Notes under the pieces: model-generated
What the model saw: only the letters and a program-made list of their open reading frames with translations
What the model was told of the DNA's origin: nothing
The model's database searches: none
Shown here: positions 1 to 9,958 of the stretch, in pieces
How the letters are laid out: every line of letters begins with the position of its first letter
Numbering within the stretch: position 1 is the stretch's first letter
Translations under genes and position numbers: made by a program
NCBI RefSeq assembly: GCF_018398935.1
Contig: NZ_CP074694.1
Coordinates: forward strand, 4,140,001-4,172,000
DNA length: 32,000 nt
DNA from: Telmatocola sphagniphila
GTDB lineage: Bacteria; Planctomycetota; Planctomycetia; Gemmatales; Gemmataceae
Direction of reading: 5' to 3'

Positions 1-420
1 TCTCAGGCCCGACTGCTTCGGATCGCCGTATTTTACTGGCAAGACGACTTTTCGCTCGATTGGAGTGGAAGCCGGAGGAGCATCCTCAACCACCTTTTGC
101 TGATCCTTCGCCTCGCTATTCTTGGGTTTCTGAGCTGCTCGAGTCGGATTTGGTCGCGGACCGACTTTCGGTAAATCCTGCTGAATACAAACTTCAACCG
201 GCCCTTGGACCACGCCATCGACTGAATAGGTACCATCGTTGCGGAGTTTTACGAGGGTAGTTTTTTTATCCTGAGTCAGAAAGACCACGGTGGACTCTGT
301 CAGCGGCTTACCATTCAGCGTGATTTTGCCGTGTACTCGGGAGCGAGGAAGATCCCCACCGCATCCTGCAAGAGACAGGAGTGCGATAGAGATGATTCCA
401 AAGGAATAATGCAAACGCAT
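1..420 (-). CDS. Lipoprotein with carboxypeptidase-regulatory-like domain (typical DUF1559 partner); 3' end cut by window edge
   Basis: This gene is absent from the ORF track because it has no stop inside the window. Manual minus-strand translation from the ATG at 420 gives MRLHYSFGIISIALLSLAGCGGDLPRSRVHGKITLNGKPLTESTVVFLTQDKKTTLVKLRNDGTYSVDGVVQGPVEVCIQQDL...LPVKYGDPKQSGLR. It stays open for 140 codons down to position 1. It has a signal peptide with lipobox LAGC. It starts 22 nt downstream of the DUF1559 stop on the same strand. Confidence 0.75.
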   Translation of the reverse strand, partial: MRLHYSFGIISIALLSLAGCGGDLPRSRVHGKITLNGKPLTESTVVFLTQDKKTTLVKLRNDGTYSVDGVVQGPVEVCIQQDLPKVGPRPNPTRAAQKPKNSEAKDQQKVVEDAPPASTPIERKVVLPVKYGDPKQSGLR

Positions 421-442
421 GGGAAAGTCCATTATTCGATGA

Positions 443-1345
443 TTACCAATCGGAGCCGAGAATTTCGCCTTGATCGGGAGTGCAGGCAGCCCACCAGGTC
501 TGGGGAGAGACGCCGGATCCCACAAATCGCACGCTGCCATCGGCCATTCCTACGAGAATGCCGGAGGAGCGAAATGTGCTCGCCAAACGGGGGTCGCAAT
601 TGGCATTCGCTCCGGTAGTGATGGGATTCACCTGAAACAGGGAAGCGACTCCTGTCAGCTGGTATTCGAAGACGGGATTCCACTCTTTCCAGGCGGTGCG
701 ACCATAAGCCCAGATGTTGTAGTAATTGGGATCACCCTGAATTGCCGAATCGAAATAGTTGGAATTCTGACAGACGGTAATCTTCTCCGAGAGGAAAATC
801 GTGTTCGAAGTTCCGTCGGTGATGCTCGCCATGTTTCGAATTTTCTGGGTGGCGTCATTGAGGAAGTAGCCGAGGCTCTGGTAATTTGCCGCGTAACCGG
901 TCACACCGTAAAGTGCCCCGTAATCGTTTTCGAGGCCATTCGCCGGAGTTGTGGGATCGCCCGGATTGAGATAAGTTTTCACGGGATAGTTAGTGTAGAC
1001 CGACCAGAAATAGGTCGGCGTTTTTGCCGCCAAAGCGCTTTGTTCGATGTAGGCGAGAATGAAGTAATGCGTCGAACCGCAATGATTGTACCAGGTGGGA
1101 TTATAATCCGAATCCCAATCGACGAATGCGGGCGGAAAATGCCCGATCGCGTCGTGATAAGAATGCGTTGCCAGGGCCATTTGCTTCAGATTGTTCATGC
1201 TCTGCGTGCGAGCGGCCGCATCGCGTACTTTTTGCACTGCGGGCAGTAACAGGCCAATCAAGATGGCAATGATTGCGATGACGACTAGCAATTCAATCAG
1301 TGTGAATGCGGTGCGCGATACTCGAGTTGCCCGATAGTGAGTCAT
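443..1345 (-). CDS. DUF1559 domain protein with prepilin-type N-terminal cleavage/methylation motif
   Basis: 300-aa ORF. The N-terminus [36 protein letters not shown] is the type IV pilin-like methylation motif plus hydrophobic helix. The C-terminal end ...[10 protein letters not shown]... is typical of the DUF1559 (H-X9-DG) family. An SD-like GAGGTGG lies 5 nt upstream of the ATG. Confidence 0.95.
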   Translation of the reverse strand: MTHYRATRVSRTAFTLIELLVVIAIIAILIGLLLPAVQKVRDAAARTQSMNNLKQMALATHSYHDAIGHFPPAFVDWDSDYNPTWYNHCGSTHYFILAYIEQSALAAKTPTYFWSVYTNYPVKTYLNPGDPTTPANGLENDYGALYGVTGYAANYQSLGYFLNDATQKIRNMASITDGTSNTIFLSEKITVCQNSNYFDSAIQGDPNYYNIWAYGRTAWKEWNPVFEYQLTGVASLFQVNPITTGANANCDPRLASTFRSSGILVGMADGSVRFVGSGVSPQTWWAACTPDQGEILGSDW

Positions 1346-1564
1346 TTTCCACCTCTACAGGAAGATCAATTCGAAGGAATACGATAATCACGTCGGGTAC
1401 AGTTTAAATACTGTCGGTGATGGATCGAAGTTCGCGGGATAAAGCTTTAGTGAAGACTGCAAACGACAAGAAATGTCCGCAAAAACTGCTACCGATTAAT
1501 AGAAATCCTGAGCTTTTAGTGACTCTTTAGAAGTGCTATTTTTTGTCCGACTGAACGATTTAGG

Positions 1565-1599
1565 CGAGGCACTGCCTTCTGAGGAATTGCAGTGCCTCG
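1565..1599 (-). terminator. Hairpin about 80 nt downstream of the esterase gene (possible terminator, no U-tract)
   Basis: Perfect 11-bp inverted repeat: cgaggcactgc (1565-1575) and gcagtgcctcg (1589-1599), with a 13-nt loop. No T-run follows on the minus strand. Confidence 0.3.
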
Positions 1600-1677
1600 A
1601 TTGGATATATGAGCCTGGAATACGAGAAAGGCTAGCCACTCGGATAGCTTTTCCAACTTGGCTCCTGAAGAAGAGGG

Positions 1678-2643
<966 letters not shown>

Positions 2644-2875
2644 TTATCGCGAGAAATGCATCTCACCACGGCAAAAAAATCGCGGATTTCTGCTTCTTTT
2701 CCCAGTAAACGATGGATTTTTGCGTCGAGATATTTCTCCCTCAATTAAAATTTGCAAATGGAAAACACGTCATAAAATGCTTGGGTTCTCCCTAGGTTCA
2801 ATCTCCTACCGGCAAGCGATCTCTCGCAGACGTGAGCGAGAGACTTGGCAAGATTTAGCGGCGAAAGTCTTCGGC

Positions 2876-4066
2876 ATGAAAAATACAGGGTTGGAGTTGA
2901 TTCGCGGCTTAGCGGCTCTGATGGTGCTCCTTTGTCATCTGTTACTTTTGGACGGCAGTCGGGAAGCTCTGGGATTCTTGGCTCTGGCGTTTAACTGGGG
3001 TTCCACGGCGGTAATCACTTTTTTCCTGCTCTCGGGCACCGTTATCCGTCTCAGCTATGATCGCAATCCCAAAAGTCGCAAACAGTTCTGCATCGATCGT
3101 GTAATTCGCATTTTTCCGCTCTACTACATCGCCCTGACCTTCGGAATCCTGGTCGAATGCTTCACACTTGGCCCTCCTACCCTAAAAGTCATTCTGGGGA
3201 ATGCGTTGTTCGTCGATACCACCGAAGAGGTTTGGATCAAATCGCTGTGGACCAATGCGGCTCTCTGGAGCATCAGCTTTGAGATGTTCTTCTACGCTAT
3301 TTTCGCTCTGACCATCGGGTCGCATCAAAAACTCTGGCTGAAACTCTGGGCTATCACCTCCCTGGTGAGCGCCGTGCTGATCGAAATCTATACTCCGGAA
3401 GGACCGGGGGGCCATTTCCTCTTAATGAATGCCTACTCCTGTGTCTGGTTGTTGGGCTATTATCTGATCGATCTGAAAAAAGTGATCTTTCCGAATCGAA
3501 TTATGGCGATCGGTTGGTTGGCGATGTTGCCAATGGCGGATCGACTGGCACTGAGTACTCAGTTCTATTCGGCCTTAAGTGCCCTACTCTCCTCACTCAT
3601 GATCGCACCGCTGTTTATTCGCTTACTCCAAAAGGAAACGGCTCGGCGATCCTTGCGGCGAGTCTCCTGGAGGGAGTTGATCGCTTTTATCGGGTTCTAT
3701 TTGCTGTTTGTTTATCTGATCCAGCACAGCCCTTCGACACGCCGGGCGATTCTTATTTACACAATCTTGCCCCTTTTCGGACTGCTAGCCGCTTTCTGTT
3801 TTCGAAACCTCGAACTTTTCCAGTCTAAAGCTGTCGAACGGATTTCCTTACTTCTCGGAAGATTGTCGTTCTCAATCTACATCATCCATCTGCCGTTCAA
3901 TCGCTTAGCTAACGAACTGCCGACCGATTCCTTCCCACTGAAAGCCCTATTTTTCCTCTCTACGAGTATCCTGGCGGCCATCTTCCTTGAATTTTATGTC
4001 CAACCAATTGCCTCGAGATGGCTCCGGACAATCTTTAAAAATCGAAAAACCGCTGCACCATCTTGA
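2876..4066 (+). CDS. Acyltransferase family 3 (OafA-like) integral membrane protein
   Basis: The ORF track entry starts at 2504 and overlaps the esterase gene. The family-typical N-terminus MKNTGLELIRGLAALMVLLCHLL begins at the in-frame ATG at 2876. Further family motifs are FFLLSGTVI and RVIRIFPLYY. The protein has many predicted TM segments. Confidence 0.85.
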   Translation: MKNTGLELIRGLAALMVLLCHLLLLDGSREALGFLALAFNWGSTAVITFFLLSGTVIRLSYDRNPKSRKQFCIDRVIRIFPLYYIALTFGILVECFTLGPPTLKVILGNALFVDTTEEVWIKSLWTNAALWSISFEMFFYAIFALTIGSHQKLWLKLWAITSLVSAVLIEIYTPEGPGGHFLLMNAYSCVWLLGYYLIDLKKVIFPNRIMAIGWLAMLPMADRLALSTQFYSALSALLSSLMIAPLFIRLLQKETARRSLRRVSWRELIAFIGFYLLFVYLIQHSPSTRRAILIYTILPLFGLLAAFCFRNLELFQSKAVERISLLLGRLSFSIYIIHLPFNRLANELPTDSFPLKALFFLSTSILAAIFLEFYVQPIASRWLRTIFKNRKTAAPS

Positions 4067-4159
4067 AGCCTTCGAAAAAATGAGATTTTGCAATTTTTCC
4101 GTGCTGGAATTCCCCGAGTTCCGTTACTATCTGGGTTAACTTCAATTGGGGAGATGTCG

Positions 4160-5278
4160 ATGAGCCAAATGATCTTAGAATCGCCGCAGACTTCAAACAC
4201 CTCCGGCAGAAAATCTCTGGCACTAGTCCTCACACTGGCAATTACCGGCTCCGCGATTTACGGGTTGAGCAACGATAATTCTCCCCGACTGGAGATTGAT
4301 GATAAAGTGACGGGATCGCCTACCAGTCGAGCGGTCACGGCGGCCAACGCCTTTTTGGAAGCCTTGGATGATAAACAGAAAGAAAAGACTCTGTTCGACT
4401 TCACCAGCGGCAAAAAATCAAACTGGTCCAATCTCCCCGCCTCTTTCGTTCCCCGCAACGGAGTAAAATTAGGCGACCTCTCGAAGGATCAACGGGCTCT
4501 GGCCTTTAAGGTTCTGGCTTCAGTCCTCAGCAAAAGCGGTTTCCAGAAGATGATCGACATCATGGAGGGCGATCAAAGATTGCTCGATAACAACCCAGGC
4601 AAGGGAGGCAAAGGCGGCGGGAAAGGCGGCGGCGGCCCTATGTTCGGCTCCGATCTCTATTTCCTGGCGATCTTCGGCAAACCTTCTGAAACCCAACCCT
4701 GGATGCTGCAATTCGGCGGCCATCACCTTGGCCTGAACGTGAGTATCGTCGGTAAACACTTCATTTTAACCCCCACACACACCGGATCCCAACCCGCTCT
4801 CTACAAACGGGACGGTAAAGAAGTTCGTCCACTGGGCTTGGAAAATGACACGGCTTTCAAATTGGTGAATTCGCTGGACGAAAAGCAGAAGGCCGCGGCC
4901 ATCCTCAGCAGCCGTCCTCAACAGGAATTGCTGCTCGGGCCAGGCCGGGATGGAAGAAAGATTGAAGCGAAAGGAATTAAAGGATCCGCACTGACGGACG
5001 AGCAGCGGACTATGCTACTGGATGTCATCGCGGCCTGGATCGATATTACGGAACCCGATTCCGCGGCCTTGCGAATGGCGGAGATTAAGGAGAAGGTCGC
5101 TGATACTTACTTCGCGTGGAGTGGACCGACGGAAAAAGGGAGCGCCGCTTACTTCCGCATTCAGGGCCCCAGCATTGTCATCGAATATGCGCCGCAAGGC
5201 AGTGCCGATCATATTCACACGGTCGTTAGAAATCCCGCGGACGATTATGGCGTGGGAACGGCCAAGGATATGAAGTAA
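4160..5278 (+). CDS. DUF3500 domain protein with N-terminal signal-anchor
   Basis: The core ...LYFLAIFGKPSETQPWMLQFGGHHLGLNV... matches the DUF3500 signature. The start is ambiguous among ATGs at 4154, 4160 and 4169. I chose 4160 because GGAG at 4150-4153 sits 6 nt upstream. The TTG at 4088 in the track is unlikely. Confidence 0.85.
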   Translation: MSQMILESPQTSNTSGRKSLALVLTLAITGSAIYGLSNDNSPRLEIDDKVTGSPTSRAVTAANAFLEALDDKQKEKTLFDFTSGKKSNWSNLPASFVPRNGVKLGDLSKDQRALAFKVLASVLSKSGFQKMIDIMEGDQRLLDNNPGKGGKGGGKGGGGPMFGSDLYFLAIFGKPSETQPWMLQFGGHHLGLNVSIVGKHFILTPTHTGSQPALYKRDGKEVRPLGLENDTAFKLVNSLDEKQKAAAILSSRPQQELLLGPGRDGRKIEAKGIKGSALTDEQRTMLLDVIAAWIDITEPDSAALRMAEIKEKVADTYFAWSGPTEKGSAAYFRIQGPSIVIEYAPQGSADHIHTVVRNPADDYGVGTAKDMK

Positions 5279-5326
5279 GGAATGGAGTTCTCGCGAGGAC
5301 GACGATTATTCCGAAGCTGGCGAAGA

Positions 5327-5938
5327 TCATCTCTTACTCTGCCAAGTCAACTCACAGCGGTAAGGGCATTTGCAGCGCCAGATGCCCGCTTTAGGCCGCT
5401 TCATGCGATAATGCACCGTCTGACATCCAATGCAGGTAGCCGACCAGCGAATCGAACGGTCGGGTTCTGCCAGCATTCGCGCTTTTTGTTTCGCATCGCC
5501 GCGAAATTCGAAGGTTAACGGCGAACGTCCCGGGCAGCGACACCGATAGCCGGTCAAACTCATCGGCCTGCGGTAGCGATGGAAGGTGGTTTGACAGGCC
5601 GGGCAGAACGCCTGCCACACTCCCGGTTCCATGACGACATTATCCGATTTTTCGCAGGCGCGCGGCTTCGCGCCGAGCCGAATCGCGACGACTTTCCAGG
5701 CGGGTCCGTGCCGAGCGGCAGGTCCGGCTATGGCATGCGCAATCTCGTGCAAAAGCGTATCGATGACAGATTCTCGATTGCTGTGCTGGGCGTAATAGCG
5801 GGCGATTTCGATTCTCTTGTGCTTGTACTTGCAGGCACCCAACCGTCGCTTCGTATCGGAAAAGCCAAACGTCCATCCGACGAGATTGTGTTTAGCCAGT
5901 TCGCGTTGAGCGATCGCTTCCAATTCCTTCAAATCCAA
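5327..5938 (-). CDS. SprT-like zinc metalloprotease domain protein with two C-terminal zinc-ribbon repeats
   Basis: 203-aa ORF. It carries HEIAHAI (HExxH) preceded by ...RRLGACKYKHKRIEIARYY..., which is typical of SprT-like proteins. Two CxxC...CxC units follow. Confidence 0.85.
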   Translation of the reverse strand: MDLKELEAIAQRELAKHNLVGWTFGFSDTKRRLGACKYKHKRIEIARYYAQHSNRESVIDTLLHEIAHAIAGPAARHGPAWKVVAIRLGAKPRACEKSDNVVMEPGVWQAFCPACQTTFHRYRRPMSLTGYRCRCPGRSPLTFEFRGDAKQKARMLAEPDRSIRWSATCIGCQTVHYRMKRPKAGIWRCKCPYRCELTWQSKR

Positions 5939-6126
5939 GAGATCGCTCCGTCGTAGTGCGAATAGATTCCCAAGAGTGTCCTGACACGAGAGTAGAACTC
6001 TTCCGGTTCAGATCGACCGTTGAAATTCTACAGGTCACAGCCAAATCCTCGCTCGCTTTTTTGGGAAAACTCTTCTGTTTTGCGCGCGCTTTGTTCCTCA
6101 ACATCGTTTCTATTATCGGAACGCCT

Positions 6127-6720
6127 ATGAGTGAACAAGAAACGTCACTGGTCCGACGAGCCCTATCAGGGGATTCGTCCGCCTTCGAAGAACTCATCCG
6201 TCGAACTTCGCGGCTGATCTTCGCGCGCTTGTATCTCGATACCGGGAACTCTCATCTGGCGGAAGATTTGCTTCAGGAAGTTTGGATCAAAGCGTATCGC
6301 TCGCTCCATCAATTGCGCAATCCCGATGGTTTTCGAGCCTGGGTATTGACCATTGCCAAGACGGTGCATTTGGACTGTGCGAGAAACGCGGGGAGACAAA
6401 AAAGAACGCAGCCCGAAGCCCGGATTGTTTCTTGGGCAGATTTGAGCGCTGCGGGACCTGATCCTCAATTGGAAGCTCAACGGGAGGAATCGCGACTGGC
6501 CGTGTTGCAAGCTCTGCGTTCCTTACCCGAGGAATATCGAATGCCCATCACGCTCCGGTATATCACCGGGGCAGATTACGAAACTATCGGTACTCAGCTC
6601 GGTCTGACCAACGGTTCGTTGCGCGGATTATTGAATCGCGGCATGAAAATGCTTCGCGATCAGCTGGCGTCCGGCTTCCTGGAGAAGGATGACGAGGTGG
6701 TGAATCATGAACGAACATGA
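6127..6720 (+). CDS. ECF-type RNA polymerase sigma-70 family factor
   Basis: The in-frame ATG at 6127 gives MSEQETSLVRRALSGDSSAFEELI.... Region 2 is EDLLQEVWIKAYRSLHQLRNPDGFRAWVLTIAK. Region 4 is the HTH LPEEYRMPITLRYITGADYETIGTQLGLTNGSLRGLLNRG. The track ORF start at 5956 is an upstream extension. Confidence 0.9.
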   Translation: MSEQETSLVRRALSGDSSAFEELIRRTSRLIFARLYLDTGNSHLAEDLLQEVWIKAYRSLHQLRNPDGFRAWVLTIAKTVHLDCARNAGRQKRTQPEARIVSWADLSAAGPDPQLEAQREESRLAVLQALRSLPEEYRMPITLRYITGADYETIGTQLGLTNGSLRGLLNRGMKMLRDQLASGFLEKDDEVVNHERT

Positions 6721-9331
6721 TTGGATAATCGAAAACATCGAAACCTATGTGGCGGGCGGATTGGATCGTTCCGAGATTGAGCGATTTGACCTGCATGTGT
6801 TGAACTGCACTGAATGCCAGAAACTATTAGCCGAATCCCGAACTTGGGATTTCAACCTGAATTCCCTATTTGCGCCGATCCGACCCGATCCAGCGCTGGA
6901 GGACCGTATGATCAAAGCCATTTCCTGGAAACGTGATATTCAATCCGTTTCAAAGCGTGCCTGGAAGCGCCCTCTGTTCTTCGGCATCGCTGCTTCGGTG
7001 GGCATTTTCGGCATCGGCTTAACGGGTCTGGTCGCGAGCCAGTCCATGAACCCGGAACGATTGCCATTTCCCGGTTCGGTCTCCTTTGCAAATGTTTTTC
7101 AATCCGAACCCATTGCCACATTTACCCTCGGAATTGACAATTCCGAATCTATTCTTGAATCGAGAATCGATTCGAGGAAAGTGCTAGCCAGCGATGGCAT
7201 TGTTCAAGACCGACCTTCCAAACTGTCAGAAAGTGGTCAGTCAGAATATCGGAAGCCGTATTCCTACCAAATTGAAGGTATGGAAGAAGCCGTCAAAAGA
7301 ATGCCTGAACAATCCGGAAACGGCATTCCGAAGCCCGTCACAACTTTGGATACTGGAGCTTCCAGCAATGGGTCTAGTAGCGACACGCTTAGCTTGCCGC
7401 AATTAGGTTACGTCGCCAACGGCATAAACAGGTATAGCGATAAAGTCAAAGACCTGAAGCCATCCAACAATTTCGATTTCGGTGGGACACCCGCAGATCA
7501 AAGAAATGGCAAAAGTAACAATGTTTTATACGTCGAGCAAACTCCCCCGTCCGGCACGGCGAAAGTCAACGAACCATTCAATCGACCTCGACAAGCAATA
7601 GACGGAATAAGTTATCGCCCAAATGAACCCCAGAATCCTCAAGCTGATCCGGTCGCTTCCCAGCAGTCCCGCAAGATCATCATCCGCACGGGCGAAATCG
7701 AATTTGTAATCGACTCCTTCGATTCGGCCGTGGCGACAATCACGAAACTCCTAATTCCCATCAAGGGGGGATACATCGGAACGGTCAACAGTGAGAAGCT
7801 GAGCAACGGCAAAATGAAGGGTTCGCTGGTGGTTCGAATGCCGCCCGAAGCACTCGATAGTTTTGTGCTCGATCTCCGCGAGAAACTTGGAAAAGACGGT
7901 GAACTGAAAGGCCAGCGCATTGGCAGCCAGGATATCACCAAGCAATACACCGACCTGGAAAGCCGGCTCAAGGCGGCCCGAACGATGGAACAGCGACTAC
8001 TGAACATCATCAAGGAAGGCAAAGGCGAGATCAAACAACTGCTGGAGGCCGAAAAGGAACTCGGAATCTGGCGAACCAAGATCGAAGAATACGAAGGCGA
8101 ATTGCGTTTCTACGCCAATCAGGCCGCGTTGAGCACTCTTACTATCACTCTTACGGAAAAAGAAATTCGCTCCGCAATCGGCCTAACGGAACGCGAACGC
8201 GTCCAGACCGGCATCGAAGTCGAAGACGTCGATAAATCGTTGCAGCAAGCGATTGCCGCCGTGACGGAATTGAAAGGGCGAATCAGCAAATCGGAATTGA
8301 AGCAGTTGACCGCCGGGCAGTTTAATGCGGTGCTGCAATTTGAAGTCCCGCCCGATCAATCGGGGCCGATGCGCGATCGACTCAAACAGATTGGTCGGCT
8401 CGCCCGGCTCGAAATTGATCGCGTGACCACTTCCGACGGAGGCACTCCGCAGGCCGATTCGAAGGTGAAGCGCGGCGATGCGATCTTTGCCGTCCAGATC
8501 TACAATCTCGCGGCCATCGCACCTCGCGAAACTACGACCCTGCAAATCGCCGTGACCGATGTTGCCGCCGGTTATCAGGCTCTGAAAGACGCGGTGAGTA
8601 AAGCAAATGGCCGCGTGCTGAGTGGCAGCGTCAACGCCAATGATCGACAAAACATCACGGCCCAAATCGACTTCGAAGTGCGTCGAACCGAAGAAAGCGC
8701 GTTCCAGACTTCTTTGGGTAGTATTGGTGAGATATTCGCTCGAACGGTCAGCCGAGCACCCGAATCGGATAATGTCACCGACACAAAAGTTCTCTATCGG
8801 GCCACTCTGATAAATGCCTCCAAGATAAAACCGCGCGAGACCACGAATCTGGTTGTTGAGGTCGAGGATGCGGAAAACGCCGCGACACTCATCAACGCTC
8901 AGGTCAATGAATTGAAGGGGCATCAGGTCGATGTTCAGATTAGCAAGGAACGCAACGGCAATGTCACTGCCAAGCTGATTTACGACGTTCCGCTGGCCGC
9001 ATCCTCCGGTCTGATCGAACGCATTAAATCGCTCGGAACCGTGCGAGTCAATCAGAACAGTCGGGATCCGCAGGCCAGCGATGGCCGATATGCGATTGGC
9101 CGAATCGACGTGCAGTTAACCAATATTGCTTCCATAGTACCCAAGGACGAGGGCTTATGGCCGCAGGTCCGCAAGGGACTGTCCTACAGCGCTTCGATGC
9201 TGCTGTTGAGTGTCACCTGGCTGATCTTTGGCTTGTGTGTGCTCGTCCCCTGGACATTGGTTGGGTTGGGCGGCTATCGAATTGCTAAATCGGTCTTTCG
9301 AAAATCGCAGACTCCCGATAAGACCGTTTAG
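6707..9331 (+). CDS. Anti-sigma factor (zf-HC2) fused to an expanded DUF4349-like extracytoplasmic region, with N-proximal and C-terminal TM helices
   Basis: 874-aa ORF that overlaps the sigma gene by 14 nt. HVLNCTECQ matches H-x3-C-x2-C. The first TM helix is LFFGIAASVGIFGIGLTGLVA. An S/N/P-rich linker follows. The DUF4349-like block is IIIRTGEIEFVIDSFDSAV...DLESRLKAARTMEQRLLNII...LSTLTITL. The C-terminal TM helix is LLLSVTWLIFGLCVLVPWTLVGLGG. Confidence 0.85.
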   Translation: MNEHDWIIENIETYVAGGLDRSEIERFDLHVLNCTECQKLLAESRTWDFNLNSLFAPIRPDPALEDRMIKAISWKRDIQSVSKRAWKRPLFFGIAASVGIFGIGLTGLVASQSMNPERLPFPGSVSFANVFQSEPIATFTLGIDNSESILESRIDSRKVLASDGIVQDRPSKLSESGQSEYRKPYSYQIEGMEEAVKRMPEQSGNGIPKPVTTLDTGASSNGSSSDTLSLPQLGYVANGINRYSDKVKDLKPSNNFDFGGTPADQRNGKSNNVLYVEQTPPSGTAKVNEPFNRPRQAIDGISYRPNEPQNPQADPVASQQSRKIIIRTGEIEFVIDSFDSAVATITKLLIPIKGGYIGTVNSEKLSNGKMKGSLVVRMPPEALDSFVLDLREKLGKDGELKGQRIGSQDITKQYTDLESRLKAARTMEQRLLNIIKEGKGEIKQLLEAEKELGIWRTKIEEYEGELRFYANQAALSTLTITLTEKEIRSAIGLTERERVQTGIEVEDVDKSLQQAIAAVTELKGRISKSELKQLTAGQFNAVLQFEVPPDQSGPMRDRLKQIGRLARLEIDRVTTSDGGTPQADSKVKRGDAIFAVQIYNLAAIAPRETTTLQIAVTDVAAGYQALKDAVSKANGRVLSGSVNANDRQNITAQIDFEVRRTEESAFQTSLGSIGEIFARTVSRAPESDNVTDTKVLYRATLINASKIKPRETTNLVVEVEDAENAATLINAQVNELKGHQVDVQISKERNGNVTAKLIYDVPLAASSGLIERIKSLGTVRVNQNSRDPQASDGRYAIGRIDVQLTNIASIVPKDEGLWPQVRKGLSYSASMLLLSVTWLIFGLCVLVPWTLVGLGGYRIAKSVFRKSQTPDKTV
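8189..9136 (+). repeat. Three tandem protein-level repeats of about 103-110 aa inside the anti-sigma CDS (diverged, not DNA-identical)
   Basis: Repeat starts are ERERVQTGIEVEDV (8189), APRETTTLQIAVTDV (8519) and KPRETTNLVVEVEDA (8828). All three share the layout strand-helix-(ELKG/ANG)-strand-...-strand with the first DUF4349 module at about 7667. Confidence 0.6.
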
Positions 9332-9958
9332 AATCCTCCTGGCAATAACGACTGAACCTCTATCTCCTAGTAGAGGACCCAGATTCGTCGTCACTTCCCA
9401 AGACGTATCGATTTCAAAGATCCCAATTTCATCTCGTTGAGATCCTACTTTTCGTTGTTAAGTTTCTGTCAAAAGACTTCTGCTAGTTATCAAGATTTCA
9501 TCAATTTCAATCGCGATGGTCATTTCCCTCTTTTCAAAGCAAGACCCGAAGTGTAGATGGAATGCTACTTCTGGCAGTAGCGGCCGAGCGACCCGGTTAA
9601 AATGATCGGCGATCGGATGCGAATAAGAAGGTAATCTTCCCTCTCGCCAATGAGTCCCAGTTGCGAGAAGCGAAGCACAAGGATTTGCGACAGCAAATCG
9701 AAGGTTCCCTGTGAAACACCTCAAAACTTCCTCACGACGACTCTGTCTACAATCGGAATGGGTTTCACCACCCTGAGATTTTGAGTTTCGGTTCGTATTT
9801 GAAATCCCGCGAATTATTAACTTCAAAACGACGAGTTCGCCGAAGTCGCGCGAACCTCAAGTAAGAGCTTTATTGGAAGGCCGCGCTGGCCTGCTCGCCG
9901 CGCCAGGGCATTCGAATTATGCTCGAATTTAGAATTTCCGATTCTTAAAGGATGAATC

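Noticed and set aside
470-1249. 259-aa plus-strand ORF antisense to the DUF1559 gene. Similar long antisense ORFs occur at 8183-8923, 14126-14932, 22216-23001, 24716-25099, 27727-28273, 30735-31265 and 31486-31926.
   Set aside because: Each lies entirely inside a gene with clear family motifs on the opposite strand. Their Arg/Gly/Ser/Pro-rich compositions are typical of shadow frames. None has a recognisable motif or a credible SD.
4590-4640. Gly/Lys-rich tract GKGGKGGGKGGGGP inside the DUF3500 protein.
   Set aside because: As far as I recall, Gly-rich loops at this position, just before the ...LY[FY]..IFG... motif, are common in DUF3500 proteins. It is probably a family feature rather than an insertion.
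5995-6021. ECF-type promoter candidate upstream of the sigma gene: GAAC (5995-5998) ... CGT (6018-6020). A second candidate is GAAAAC-N16-CGCT at 6065-6090.
   Set aside because: The spacer of the first candidate is about 19 nt, longer than the usual 16-17. The second lacks a CGT core. Neither is distinguishable from chance without the sigma factor's known motif.
9458-9826. 122-aa minus-strand ORF in the large gap, with a faint resemblance (HPIADHFNRV) to the DPFDR motif at the C-terminus of PIN/VapC toxins.
   Set aside because: The resemblance covers only 3-4 residues. There is no upstream antitoxin ORF and no acidic PIN residues, and the composition is unusual. I treat it as non-coding or decayed until shown otherwise.
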